NCBI GenBank assembly: GCA_038087875.1
Contig: JAXLNO010000438.1
Coordinates: forward strand, 434,001 to 498,000
DNA from: Malacoraja senta
Lineage: Eukaryota
Length of the DNA stretch: 64,000 nt
Direction of reading: 5' to 3'
Part shown: positions 24,950-39,252 of the stretch, in pieces
Position numbering within the stretch: the first letter of the stretch is position 1
Layout: each line of letters opens with the position of its first letter
The notes under the pieces: generated by a model
Databases searched by the model: none
The model's input: the letters and a program-made list of their open reading frames with translations, nothing else
What the model was told of the DNA's origin: nothing
Made by a program: the position numbers and the translations under genes

Positions 24950-25640
24950 CATAGCACCACTCTCCAACAGACACATTGTTTTTCATGGGATTGCAGTGAA
25001 CTGAGGTTGGGAAGGCATAGATGGCTCTGTTGCACAGGAGGGGAAAAAGAAGAGTTGTAGGCTTCAGTGATGGACAGTTTAATTGTAAGTGGAACTGTGT
25101 TTCTGCAGCTGTCGGATGTGACTGCAGGATGGTATGTTAGCTCCCTGGAGATGGGATCAAAGATATCATGGAACGGATGCACAGCATCTTGGAAGGGAAG
25201 GGTGAACGCGTCAGTTATATGGCAATGGTTTGGATTGGTACCAGCGGCATAGACTGAAAGGGAAAAGCCTGCAAGATGAACTCAAAAAGTAAGGAGATAA
25301 TTGAGAAAGCCAATCCTCAAAGGCAGTAACAACAAATTATTTCCAGTGTTAGTGAGGATTGGAACAGGATTAAACCCAGATGGGTGAGAGGGAGAAACAA
25401 CTGTGATAATGTGAGTATGGGGAATAACAATGGAATGGGGATAGACCTGGCTAAAGTGGCCGGTTGATAGATTAGCAGGAAAATTAGGAAGAGCGAAGTG
25501 GCACACATTTATGGAGGCAATTCATGACACTCCATAAAAATAAAGAGGAGAAATTCTTAGGGAGTAATGAAACTCCCATGGCCTACCAAGTAGGTTAACG
25601 AAGGTATTAAGATAAAAGAGAAAGTACATTGCGGTACGAA
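24950..25640 (+). mobile_element. Very old CR1-like fragment
   Basis: Degraded similarity (gatggacagtttaattgtaag..., ccatggcctaccaag...aaggtattaagataaaaga) to CR1 internal sequence. Confidence 0.45.
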
Positions 25641-25671
25641 AGATACAAGTAGATCATGAGACTGTGATATG

Positions 25672-25997
25672 GACAATAGACAATAGACAATAGGTGCAGG
25701 AGTAGGTCCTTCGAGCCATTCAATGTGATCATGGCTGATCATCCCCTATCAGTACCCCGTTCCTGCCCTCCCCATATTCCCTGACCGCTATTTTTAAGAG
25801 CCCTATCTAGCTCTCTCTTGAAAGCATCCAGAGAACCTGCCTCCACCGCCCTCTGAGGCAGAGAATTCCACAGACTCACCACTCTCTGTGAGAAAAAGTG
25901 TTTCCTCGTCTCCGTTCAAAATGGCTCATCCTTCTAAACTCCAGAGTGTACAAGCCCAGCTGCTCCATTCTCTCAGCATATGACAGTCCCGCCATCG
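25672..25997 (-). mobile_element. CR1 LINE 3' fragment
   Basis: (CAATAGA)n tail and body similar to 16432-16900 with an internal deletion. Confidence 0.88.
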
Positions 25998-26899
25998 GAA
26001 TTCGGAATATATTCGGAATCCAACAAAGATTGACAAAAATGTAGTAAAGAAACTACATCTGTGACTAGAGCTTACACTCTTATTGAAATGACTACATGTA
26101 CAGTAAAGAGAGATCAGGCAAAAATAGAGAAAGTGTTGCTGCAAGTCCACTGAAAGATGTTAAGATGGCATTCTATGCTCCTGATACTACTATACATTAA
26201 AGAAAACAAGTCCTAAACTGGTAGATTCAGAACTAAGCATCAGCATTATTATCATCTCATCAAGTTCCTCCTTGATGCCAGTAAGGGTATGTGGCAAAAT
26301 TAAATTGCATTTTTTTTTTTTTAATACTTATGCAGGATAAATCATGGAAGTCATCTTGCAAGCCTGCAACCTAAACTGATATTTCCCAGAGGTGACTGGT
26401 TACCTTTTACGTTACTTGCACATTTTTTTCATGAGGGCGATTGCTGTGTGAACAGAGGCTCAAGTGTACTCTGCAATGTATGAGGTAGAAGCAAGGAATG
26501 TATGAATAAACGCATAACCCTACTTTAAAAACTGTGTGGGCGTACTTTCACTAAAAGGATTGCAATTCACGGAGGAGCTTTACCTTCTTATGGGCATTTA
26601 GGATTTTCATGAATGTAAATTAATTTTATGCATCACATAAATAAAATTAAGTTGATGGACCACGTATATCAAAGTTAACATATGAAAATGCAAGTTTTCC
26701 CATTTTTCAACCACTTTCAAACAATTAGTATCATACAATAAAATTCAAGGATATGGTCATGCCCATTTTATGGGCTAACTATAAAAAAAGATTAATTTGA
26801 TGAAACTAGAAACTAGATTCACACAAGCATTAAATCTTATTCACAGAATTGGATATAAAATCTAGAGCAGGTTATTGCCATTTGGCCCCTTGATTGTGG

Positions 26900-27225
26900 T
26901 TTAGTTAAGTAGAGTTCAGAAATACAGCACAGAAACAGGCCCTTCAGCCCACCAAGTCCGCACCAGCCAGCAATCCACGTACAGTAACACTATCATACAC
27001 TACACACTACTCACACTAGAGATAATTTACATTTATGCCAAGCCTATTAACCTACAAACCTGTCTGTCTCAGGAGTGTGGGAGGAAACCGAAGATCTCGG
27101 AGAAAACTCACACGGTCACAGGGAGAGCGCACAAACTCCGTACAGACCGCACCCGTAGTTGTGATCGAACCTTGGTCTCAGGCGCTGTAAGTGCTATAAT
27201 GCAGCAACTCTACCGCTGCACCATC
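26900..27225 (-). mobile_element. HE1-type V-SINE
   Basis: Reverse complement of the 55829-type SINE (aaacaggcccttc...cctacaaacc...gcagcaactctaccgctgc). Confidence 0.85.
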
Positions 27226-27404
27226 CCATATCATTAAACTTTGCATACTTTCCTGCACTTGCTCCATATCCTTTCATTCCTTTAATCCCAGAGATTTTCT
27301 GTCACCTGGATGAAGAAGATTCTTCTTACTTGAATCCTGAATGCTGAACATCTTATTTTTGAGACAATGATTTCTGGACAACACAACAAAGGGAAACATC
27401 TAAG

Positions 27405-27772
27405 GTAGACACTGCTGGAGTAACTCAGCGGATGAGGCAGCATCCCTGGAGAGAAGGAATGGGTGACATTTTGGGTCAAGACACTTCTTCAGATTGATAT
27501 CAGGGGAGGGGGCGGGACAAATATTTATTCAGATAGCCCTTGCTTTCTCTCTCCATCCCCTCCTCCTTCCCAGTTCTCCCACCAGTCCTACTGTCTCCAC
27601 CTACATTCTATCTTTGTCCCGTCCCCTCCCCTGACATCAGTATGAAGAAGGGTCTCGACCCTAACCGTCACACATTCCTTCTGTCCAGGGATGCTGCCTC
27701 ACCCGCTGAGTTATTCCAGAATTTTGTGTCTACCTTCGATTTTAACCAGCATCTGCAGTTCTTTCTTACACA
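27405..27772 (+). mobile_element. Penelope-like insertion: 5'-inverted pLTR (27405-27525) joined to a direct 3' end (27530-27772)
   Basis: ~115-bp inverted arms; pyrimidine-rich 3' UTR, then atgaagaagggtctcgacc, then pLTR end aaccagcatctgcagttctttcttacac. Confidence 0.85.
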
Positions 27773-27999
27773 AAGGGAAACCCTGTCAAACCCATAAAAA
27801 ATGGTTTCAATGAGGTAACTTCTGTTTATTCCAAATTCAAGTCTAGCATAGTCTGCTCCACCATCCCTCATATGACACTCACCATCTCAGGAACCAACCT
27901 TTGTGCATTACCTTCACAAGTATATACTTATTAGGTAGTTGTATTAAATTGGGAGAACAGGCCTGTACACATAATAATCTTGATATAAACAAACAGGAT

Positions 28000-30210
28000 C
28001 CCTACATAATTGGAGCTAATTGTCTCCACTCCTAAGTACACATTCTCTTGCAATAAAAGGTAAAATAATTGTGTCTTCCTAATTGCATACGACTTGCTAA
28101 TGATTTATGTTCAAGGACTCGCAAGATCCCTTTGAACATCAATGTTTAATTTTAAAGTGGATGACTTCACATTTTTCCCAGATTCTGTTTCATTGGGCAT
28201 GTACTCATCTGTTCATTTAACCTTCCTATAAATCTCTGAAGACTTTGCAAATCCTTATCCCAGCCCATTCAGCCACCCAGCTTTGTACCATCAGCAAACT
28301 TGGATATATTGTGCATTATCCTCTCATTCAAATCACTGTTGTCGATTGTAATCAATTGGCACCTCAGACTCAATCCCTGTAGCGCCCCATTTGTTTGTCT
28401 ACTTCCTCCATTCTTAGGTAAGACTTTTCCAATGTGTGGGAACTGTGTATTCACTATCTCCATTGCCACCTCCTTCAAACTCCTTGGTCACTTGGCTCTG
28501 GGATTTTAAACCTAAAATGCCATTATTTTTTCCAAGGCCTTTATCTTACTTTTGCTAGTTTCTTTTTGCTCCTTATTTGCTCTAGAACAGAGAAATTGTT
28601 TAATTTCAAAATTTCTGTCTCTATCTATAAGGAACCACATTAACTTTAGATAATCTTTTCTTTCAGTCATAACAATACATGACTTTACAATTTGCTTTTG
28701 TTTCTCACAAGCCTATTCTTGCTTTCTCGTTTTCTTTCCTTATCAATTTTCTGTCTCTTTTGACAAATTCTGAACTTTTTCCCAGTCCTCAGCCTTACTG
28801 CTTTTCTTGCCAACTTTTTATGCTTTTTCCTTTGATCTGTTACTATCTCTAACTTTTCTTGAAAGCCATAATTGGATGATTTTCTCCTTGGGTTTCTTTG
28901 TAAACTATATATAAATTCTTTAAATGTTAGCGTAGCTTGTTTTCAGTCATGTATTTTACAGCCATTTCTCAGTTTACCATAAACTCGTGCATCACGGTTT
29001 TGTAATGTGTCTTATCCAATACTAACACCCTGAATAAATTCTGATTAAATTCAACCACTATCAATTTTATTATGTGACCATTGTCCCACAAAGGTCTCTT
29101 AACTACCAGATCATTAATTAGCCCTTTCCTGTAACAACAAATAGGACAAAAATAACCTGTCCCCTTGTTAATTCCTAAATTTTGCTTTAAATGAAGAAAA
29201 TCATCTCTTGTGCACTCCATGAATTCACGCTCTATGTGATTACTGCCATTTCGGGTTCCTAGTCTACATGTATATCAAAGTCCTTGATCATCATGGTATA
29301 ACTGTTGGACTTGTAATTTCCTGATATATACTCTGCCGGCATATCCACTAGTGTTTGTGGTCTACGTTAAACTTCCCACAATGTTTTCCACCTCTTGCAG
29401 TTGCGTGCAGTCTCCAAAACAAAAATCCTTTATTTTTACTCCGTTTATGCCACTTAATAATACTGAAGTTGTGCAGACTCCTGTTTTGTTCTGCCTATCT
29501 CCTTTTAAAGTTCAGTATCATGGAACATTTAATTTGCTACACTGGTTATCATGGAATATTTAATTTGCTACATTGCCATTTAATAGCATTGGATCACACC
29601 CACTTACTTCTATTTCATTAATTCACTTACCTTCTTATGAATGTTACACATAAGAAGCCTTCAGTTTGTCTTTTTACCATTCTTCCTTCCAATATCTCTA
29701 AATACATTAACGTTTGTATTATCCCTTCCAGTATTCGCCGTTTATAATTAAACTTTTTGATACCCTGCACTATTTTTTTGTGTTAAATTTCCCCTCATCA
29801 GAACCTGTTTCACCCAATTTAGTTCACAACTCAACCTTGAATTCTCCAATTTCAGGTAGCCTCTCTGAGGTAAACCCCTTTCCCACAACCTCAAGGCTAA
29901 ATAGTGTATAGCTCCCACTCCTCACTCACCGTACTTTCTTAAACAGTGAGGATACATTTGCTACCTCCAATTTTGTGGGAAGAGTTCTAGAATCTAAAAT
30001 AAAATAATTCAGTGCATTAAATATCTCATTAGCCACCTCTTTCAAAACTATGTGATGTAAGTTATTAGGTCCTGGAGAATATTGGTTTTCGATTGGAAAA
30101 TTTCCCCAATTCTGTTTTTGCACTGATATTAGTTTTTTTCAGGTCCTCGTTGACATTAGACTAGTTGTTGTCTACAGTTTATGTGAGATTTGCTGTGTAA
30201 AGACAGGCAC
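28000..30210 (-). mobile_element. Very old CR1 LINE fragments
   Basis: NISKFADGTKLGG, SPGPNNLH..VLKEVA and ANVSSLFKK remnants. Confidence 0.7.
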
Positions 30211-30829
30211 AACTTTGTAAAAAGAAAACTGACTTCCTTCAGCAGAATGACATGATGAAAGAAAATGTCTTTAATCCAGTTTCAAGCATACATAATGAGA
30301 TGATAACCTGCATATTTCAGGCATGTCTAATGGTAGCCATAAGCACAAGACCCTGGTTTTGGCTAGTGCAATGTTAGACGTTATTGACAAAGATATATGG
30401 ACAACTGGTTTCTAAATATTTATAAGAATCTGACCTGCAAAAAACCTGTTGCTCCCAGTTTGGAATTTGGATGTTTGGAATGAGAATGATTAGCATTATT
30501 ATCTGGATTATTAATGGGTCTATTAATTTTAATCCAGAGATGTGCATGAAATGGAAATGGAAAATACACAAAACTATAATTATCGCATGTATTCATAACA
30601 AGTGCATTATAGCAGAAATTATGCAAATATTTATACATAATTAGCTCTTAATAATGAAAACTTGAATATTTATTGGGTACTAACTGAACAATTACTTTAA
30701 GTTACTAGTCTTTAAATGTAAATCATGAGAATTTTTAATTTAAAACACAGAAATATTAAATGACGATTCAGTGACATTTCCTTAGTTTGTTATATAATTA
30801 CAGCAAGAGCCAATGATAACATTAAGTAT

Positions 30830-31045
30830 CAAAGATACAGGCATAGTCACACAGCACAGAAACAAGGCCTTCGGCATAACTTGCTCGTGGTGACTAAGAT
30901 GCTCCATCAACACTATATGGACCATATCCCTCTAAACCTTTCCTATCCATGTACATGTCCAAAAGGTTTTAAATGTTGTTAAAGTACCTGCATCAACTAT
31001 CTCCTCTGGCAGCCTGTTCCAGAGGAGATAGTGCTCACCACCCTC
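30830..31045 (-). mobile_element. CR1 3' fragment
   Basis: acagcacagaaacaaggccttcggc...ccatatccctctaaacctttcctatccatgtac. Confidence 0.75.
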
Positions 31046-33529
31046 AGTTGGTAACCTCTCTTAACATCCTATACATTCTGCCACAAATGGACTTCCTTTT
31101 CCCAAAATAGATTGGTATTAATTTGCTTTTATTTGATATCCATCCATTTCATTGCAGGCAAACAAGCTAGTTTATTTTTCCATTTCCATTTTCTGCATGT
31201 TCAGAGGTCTCATTGGATTAGATGTTGCCGAGAATCAGTAAGACAGCAAGGCTGTAGATGTCTAAACAATATAACATTGTTGTTCTCAGCAAAGCTACTA
31301 GAATGCATATAAACAATATTTTTCCCTCACAAGTCCAGCTGAGAACGGACAATATTTCAGCAGTATTAACTCAGATCACATTAAATAACAGACCTCCATT
31401 CAAGTGGTAAATCAGTGTACAAAAAACGTGCTTTGTAATTGAGTTGGGAAGTTAACAGTGTCATTGTCAAACAGCATTTTTATAATTGATTTGCCTCTAT
31501 TGAAAATTCCACCCAGGAAAAACAGATGGTGAACTATGTAAACTATGTAAACTTTATAAGAAGGTTCAATATAATGAACATAACCTGATTGTTAGTTTTC
31601 ACCCTTACACATTTCACGTACATTTAAACCAAACAGTATTCTTATAGGATGACACGGGTGGGGAGATAATTGCTATTTACAATAATGCATTCACAAAACA
31701 AGGAGGTTACAGGAGTTCGCATGGGTTGGCAATTCCTAATAATAATATTTAGCCAGAGAGGTTATGAAGCAGAAACAACTTTGTGAAAAGATTTTTAATA
31801 AGATGACTGCTTTTGTTTAATTACAAAAGAGATTCGGCCCTGCAGAAAAATGCTTTTGCTAATGCATAACTTTACTGCTCTTTCTTTGCCATTTACAAAT
31901 TTGTAGGCAAAACATATTTTCGTAAATATTTTCTTACAAGCATTTTTAAAATTAGGTGATTTTTCAGTGATTACAAAGAAAGCTTAAACACAAGAATAAA
32001 GGGGAATTTCTTTCCCCAAAGGACTGTTCTGGTCACCTTTTTTTATGTTTGTTGCAGCTAATTTTAATGGTAAATTATACAAATAACAATAATTTTTAGA
32101 TTTTAAAAAAAACAGATTTTTTTTTAATAGAAAATTATAAGCTTATATTTCAAACTAATGTTCCTGTTCTGAAGCATTATATTTCAAACTAATGTTCCTT
32201 AACGAAAAAGAATATCACAGCTGAACCTTCCCATTAACAGTCTTATCTTGCTAGTACATGGTACTAAGACAAAAGTACATTACTGTTACCTTCATGAAAT
32301 TGACAAGTTTAAAAAACTGATAAAAGAACTATTGGGTTGCAAACTTTAAAACATTTTAAAAAGTAATGCCAACAATTCTGGCCGATTCTTGGAAAATCCT
32401 ACATGGTACCTCAGGTCACGTTTCCTCAAATATTAACACATTGAATAGCTTGGGTTGTGTATGCACGGTTTCCTCATATGTGGTATCTTGCATAGGAGTA
32501 TGGAGGCAGGAATATCTAATAGTCACCAATATCTAATTTGGGAGCGCTGCTACACAATAATAAACAGGAACACTACCGCTCCTGGCTGGGGTCTACCATT
32601 CCTGAGCTGCACCTTTACGGAACTCATTTGCAAATCATATAAAATGCCAGTGTCTTTGTCTTGATCTCAAGAAAAAATGCTGTTAATTCATATTGTTTTG
32701 ATGGAAAATCTGACAACTAGAGAATGCTTTTTTGTTTACCACAGAAGCATGCAAAAGGAAACATCTGGGATCTAAACAGTGCACATATTGTATGGAGTAA
32801 TTTTCTTTTGCATTGCAAATGTTGTAGTAAATTTAAAAAATGCAACATGGCAGAAATGGACTCGAGTGAATCATGGCACGTGCACAAAATATAAGGGTGG
32901 AAATCTATTAGTATCTACAGGAGATTCTGCTGTGATAGCACACGTCTTTTATTTATTGAAGGCTGATCTATTCTTACCAAGTTTCAAAATGAGTCAGGAG
33001 ACAGTCAGTCTGCTCATAATACACATGTATTTAGAATTCATTTAAACAATTACACTGACATTTGGGATAGCAAGATAAAAATATTAATTAATGTAGCATT
33101 ATGGCCAGGGTTTTTTAAACTATTTCTTGTGGTTTAGGTCCATATGGGTGTTCCTGGACCACTCTTTCAATCACTCACTTACTATCTTTACTAACTCTGA
33201 GTTTAAAGTTTAAAATAAGAAGTGGTACAAGAAAAGTATAAACTTACGTTATTGCAGATTACTGTAATGTACAATACTTCTAATAAAATAAAAAATATTT
33301 TTTAAAAAAGCTTTATGGCCAGGGTTGTAATGCTTAGCTTACAAAAATGAATTTAGCATTGCTGTTTTGTCTCATAATGTTATACATAATGTTTATTAAA
33401 ATCTAAAATGGCGCAATACACAGCCGATCAGATGCATCTTCAGGTAGCAAGACAGTTCAGATCACCGAATTGCATTGGAATGGTTCTGATAAATACAAGA
33501 TAATTGGATTTTCAAAGATATGTATTCAC

Positions 33530-33872
33530 TTTTCTGGATATGGGACCAGTAACATGGCCAGTATTTATTGCCAATTGCTTAAATTGCTCTGAAAAGAGTT
33601 TGCTATGTCATTTTAGAGGACACTTGAGAGTCAACCACAATGTTGCGGATCTGAGTCACATATAGACCAAGCAGGATAAGAGTGAGAGATTTCCTCCCCT
33701 GAAGAACATTGGGAGCCAGATGGGTTTTCTTCTGACAAACTATTGACTTTGTGATCAACGATGTTTCTTTGCCACATAATTAAGTTTCATAACTTTACGT
33801 GAATTTGGGTCTCAGGGTTGGTTGGCTAGAACCTCTAGATTACTTGTCTGGTAATTTAACCATTGCACTGTC
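33530..33872 (-). mobile_element. Old tRNA-derived SINE of a second family
   Basis: tggccagtatttattgcc tail; gagagtcaaccacaatgttgcggatctgagtcacatatagacc core. A related plus-strand piece is at ~23795-23870. Confidence 0.6.
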
Positions 33873-36800
33873 ACTGTACCCCACCAAACTAGCATTGCGG
33901 GTGACTTGGGAATGAAAAGTAATTGATCCGTACTTTCAGTTGTCTCTCAATTCACAGATGGTACCCGATCTGCTGAATGCTTATTGCCTTTTCTGTTTTT
34001 ATTCCAGATTCATGGTCTCCTAACTTGGTAAATAATGTTCATATCTTCATTATTAGTCTACTTCAAACAGTAAAGTCATGAAATCATGTGCAAAACTGTG
34101 GTTGTCTTGCCAGTCTAAGATCCATTAATCAGAGCAAATAGGTAACATCTCATGATAAAGGATCACGAGAAAGAAGATAAATTAGGTTTTAGCCTGTTCC
34201 AGTTACGTGATTACTCGTACATTTTAAGACAATGGAAAATCTTGATGGGCATCTAACATATTCTCCTGCAGGAGGCTGAATGATGAGATGAAATGATAGA
34301 GCAGCGATTTGTCAACGTATCTGTGGCAAATATTAAAGGCAGAGTTTTCAGTTCATGAGAAATGAAGCAGAGGAGAAACCCCGAAAGCAAAGTAAGATAT
34401 TGGTTGGAGATCAGACTAAGCCTCTTTTTACTTAAGAATAATGTATTACTTTTAATACAAGTTAGCTTTTGTGTCATATTAAAACCCCAAGCGATGTACA
34501 TGCTTTATCTCATTTTCAGGTCACTTTTACTAGATGAGGACAATGCCAAATTATCTGGTTCCAAGATGTTGGCAAACATTCATTATTTTCTAAATTCTAG
34601 AAAATTTGCGTTACTGCTCTCTTTGGATAAGCATATCAGTCTCCACCAACTAACTGTCTTCGGTCTCTATTGAAATAGAATAAACTAATTAGAAACAGAA
34701 AATGTAACTCTATAAGTCCCCTATTCTACACCATAATAGGCTTTTCAAAATGGGCACCGTTTTTACTGCTGTAAAATCTATCTAGAAGCTTAGAATGTCT
34801 GTCTTTTACAAGACTATCCAATAGTCTCCCACTCTCAGCACCATTGCCAACCTCACCCCAAAGAGCCAGCCCTTCATTAGTAAGCCAAGTATTACTGGAA
34901 TTCAAAATTGTACTATAGTGACAAGCACACAAAACTACATGCCACATTGCCAGTCCGCTGTTCTCCTGAGAGTTGAAAATAATTCTGAATTGTTTTTGTG
35001 TTGTCAAACACAAAAACAAAGAGGTGAAGAAACAATTGGGGAGAAATAGGAGAAGATCAAACAGAACAAAACCAAAAGTCCTCGAGGGTAGAAAGTGTTT
35101 ACATTGGACGTTTAGCACTGAAGGGCTCAGCTTGTGTTCACAAATAGAGGCTTCTATGCTGAAGGATATCAAATGTCGCAGGAATTTTACTTCTTATTCT
35201 CACATGATGCTCCACAAAGATAGTCTCTTTCCACTCTCCTTTTATAGGTATTAGAAAGTGCACATGGATTTGGGGATTCTGCATTTGGGGCTCAAAATAT
35301 CACATTATTACATCTATTTAACAACATCCTACCCTTGTTCCCCTTTTTCTCTTAATTTCCATTTATTTTCCAACAAATTACTTAATTATCAATTCTCTAA
35401 AGCAAGCAAACAATATTTCTTGAAGTAAAACAAAAAATGGAAATATGCCAGTGCAGCGACGCATTCAGAGTCTTGACCACCATGCGAGGAAATTAAGCTT
35501 ATTATACGAAAGTTGAACAATAAACATTTGTGTTAACAATTTTACCTATTTATTATGAGAAGTAACTGTAACATATATTTACAATAGTTTAACCCCAATG
35601 GTTGGAATTATTCTCGGTGGACATTTATATAGTCAGCATTTTTTGAAGAAAATTATAGAGTAAACAAATTAAGAAAGCATTTTAGGAAACTGTCAGCTCT
35701 AACTGTGAGGACTTTCAGCTAAAAACATGCTGAGGAGAGATTTCATATTCCAAAGAAAACAAAATGTCATTAAACCTACAATCCACAATGATAAAAAACA
35801 GATTTGTATTTAAAAACACCATTGTTTTCTATTTTTTCTGAATAGGGTCCCAATGAAAACGTGTATTATCATTGGATTACTAGCCTGTTATAAATGGGAC
35901 TATAATAAATCTTGATAAAAACAATATTTGTTGAAAATAGATTTTTTTTCCTGGTTGCTCAAACTGTTTCTTCATAATTATTACATAACTATCAAGAAGT
36001 TCAGAAATCCATCATCTTGTATTTTTATTAGTACAGCCTAATCCACCCAGAGGGCCTTCTCACATGATTGGATACATCTACAGGGGGATAAAGCAAAGAA
36101 TTTCTGAGAACATCTTTGTACGGTGTGGTGTTTTAAAACATCAAGCAATGGTTTTATGACTAATAGGAAACATTTATTCTAAGATTCACTAGGTCGGGAA
36201 ATTCTGTCACTGAATACCATCAATAAAAGCAGCATCACATGCAGTAATCTGTCCTAGACATTTGCATAAATCAGTTTTCAAGTTCCAGTTTATCACATCC
36301 ATCGCAGATCATCTTTTTATTTTCAACTAAGTGGTGAAAATGTATTTGCAGTGTTGGGCTAATGGTCCTTTCACTTTGGAATAAAGTTAATTTGTAGATC
36401 AACCACAATCGCCCACATTCAGAATTATGCAGTTTCAAACAGCGATACAAGAATGTGACAATATTTGAGACCGTAGAAAAAACAATTTATTGATTCAATT
36501 GCAGATTGTCAATGTTTTCAAAGAATAGAGAGAGAATGCACAATGTGAAGCTGAAACATCTGTAACATTATAGCATCTTGAAGTCACTAGTAAGATTTAA
36601 ACAGGCAGCAGTATTGTATCAATTATTATGGCCTTTTTCACCAGATCATGAATAATTACTTTAAGGACTTTATGTTGATTATGAATATCCAAAGTATTAA
36701 ATTAATATGGATGATTACATCATATTTAGTCTACCAAAGACCTTCCCTTGATCAAGCAACACTGGTCACTCTCAAATGAAGGTACTGTCTTAATTACACA

Positions 36801-36929
36801 CTAAATTTTACCTCTAGTGTCTAATATCTACTCAGTATGTGCAACAGGATGTTCTAGTTGTTATCTGAACTAACATTGTGTCAAAACAATAATTTCTCCA
36901 ATTTCAATGTCGGGAAATGAAGTGCAAGA

Positions 36930-37290
36930 TTTGAAAAAAAAAGTTGAGACAACTTTACAAGACTTTGGTATCCTGACATGGAATACTGGGTACATTTTTA
37001 GTCTAATTTAAGGACATACTTGCTTTAGAGGCAGTGGTGAAAAAGGTATGTATTGATTTCTGATATGAAGAGTTTATCTTTGCTGAAGAGATAAAACAGA
37101 ATGGCCCTACACTCTCTGAGGTTCAAAAAAGGGAAGATAGTCTTGCTCGTACATTCAAGACACGGGGAAATCTGAAAATCTTTGAAGAATCAACTGTTAT
37201 GGGAACCAGATAGGAAATGTGTGGAACAAAAATAAGATCATCTATGATCTTAATGAATGGAAGAGCAGTCTTGCTCCTTTCACTTTTATG
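36930..37290 (+). mobile_element. Old CR1 3' fragment
   Basis: aaggacatacttgctttagaggcagtg...tatgatcttaatgaatgg. Confidence 0.6.
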
Positions 37291-37497
37291 ATCTTTTGAG
37301 AGACACTGATGAAGAAGTTAGTGATGCAACCAGATGCAAAGCTGTCTTAGTTTAAAGTCAGCAAAAATGCTTACCGATGATGTTATAACAATTCCCTCTT
37401 ACTATAAACTATCATCAAATATTCCTTCTATGTGATGGCAAAAAATAATTAGCCTGAGATTAAAATATTTGTGTTTGGCCAGTCATTTGGCTATTTA

Positions 37498-37618
37498 CCA
37501 AAGTGCTGATGGACTCAGCGAGTCAGGCAGTATCTAAAGAGAGAAATGGACAGACAATGTTTTGGGTCAGGACCCTTCTTCAGCCAGTTAAGAAGGGTCC
37601 TGATCCAAAATGTCATAT
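37498..37618. mobile_element. Fold-back Penelope pLTR remnant
   Basis: ttttgggtcaggacccttctt-cagccagtt-aagaagggtcctgatccaaaa inverted cores. Confidence 0.75.
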
Positions 37619-39252
37619 TCAGACAAAGGCTGCATATGTAAAAGAATTTCACTGTGCAGTTGCATATGTGACAATTGAACCACTAACGACTCACAGTTGA
37701 GTTATGGATACCCGTCTGCAGTTTCTCGTGCCTCATACTTGACTTGATCAGTTTGAATTTTTAAATAAATGCCCAGGCCACATGTCTTTCTTCCTCTGAT
37801 TAACTCCGAATGGTGCTTGTTCTTTTATTCCTTGTGTTTATAGGAATTTGTGCAGTGTACCTTTTACCTAATTTGATGGTGATAATGGGCTAGGAGTTGT
37901 TGGTTGAAGGAGAACAATGGTGATGGGGTAGTGATAGCTGATGGAGCATGCACTGTTGACTGGTAGAGCTGCCAACTTAACTAGCCTCAAGTCACCCAAA
38001 AGCAAATTCTTACTAGTACCATTTTATCCACACAAGAAAAGCACTATGTCCCCAGTGAATGGTTAACAGGAAAACTGAAGCTAGATAAGAAATTACACAT
38101 TGTCCCAAATTGCTATGGATATTACTTTCAATGGCTATTCCATTAACATTCCAATCTTTCCTTTGTCTCAGCAGCTCCAGCGTTGCTCTTTGTTAAAAAC
38201 AACAAAGAGGCGGCTGTATCTTAAATGCCAGAACATGTTTTCATTTCATAAACATTTTATAGCTTTAAACAAAAATCCCCTCCAGCTGAAATAGTTTATG
38301 ATGTCTAATCTCGATATGGTTGGTTAGAACATTGCACTTTTTCCTCATTTTCAAGAAAGGACCATCATTTTAATAATTGGAATTAATTTAACAAATATGA
38401 AAGCTAGAGCTTATGGTACGCAGCACTGTTTCAAATGCTCTTGTGAAATCCAATCAAAGAACTGTGTTTTCAACATTGTGTTTTTCGACATATTCCAACT
38501 TTGTTGCCAAGTCATTTTATGTCTTTATAGTAAATTACACTTTGGTGCATGTAAAGGCATGTCAGTGACTTTTAGTAGATGAATAGAAGGCATTGTTGAG
38601 CTACCCACACAGTAACAAGTGAAGGGTCTCTACAAGCAGTTACTAAGTGACTTGCGGTCAACAGAATTAATGTTAGAGCAGCAGGTCAAATGGAACAGAT
38701 AGTCAACTCAAGTCGAGTTTATTGTCATTTGCACAAGTAAGGTACAATGAAAATCTTGCTTGCAGCAGCCTCACAAGCACACAGATCCAAACAAACACAC
38801 AAAACATAACATACATAAATCATACATAAAATTCTATGTGACAGCAAAAAGAAACACCGACTGCGCAAAAATTAGGACAATAGTACAAAACACAAGTAGA
38901 ATACAACTGCATGTTATCAGCAAGTTGTAAATGTAATTTTTATTCTACAGTTAAAAGTGTCAAAAAATCAAAGGTTACTGGCATGGTCATCCATCAGAAT
39001 TTCCAGTAGAAGCTTCAACTACACGTCTCTGTGAAATAATTATTTAGTGCAGATCAAATGTCTGAGAACAGCAGCTGATACTGTAGCTTACGCTTTGCTA
39101 TTTTCCTCACCAATATCCTTGAGCACTCCAGCTTTATTCTAACACAGAGTATTGGAAGAAACTATTTACAGATTCTAACAATCTAAAAGTTTGTTAACAT
39201 TTAACTTCAAACAGCTATAGTGATCTGGAACCAAAGCTGACAATGTTTATGT

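Noticed and set aside
34253..35254. Several 80-150-aa ORFs in the repeat-poor block
   Set aside because: No recognisable domain or splice-consistent structure; compatible with chance.
37365..37440. Donor-like CG|GTAAGC as a cassette or alternative first exon
   Set aside because: The phase-1 frame has an upstream stop and no ATG; no convincing acceptor.
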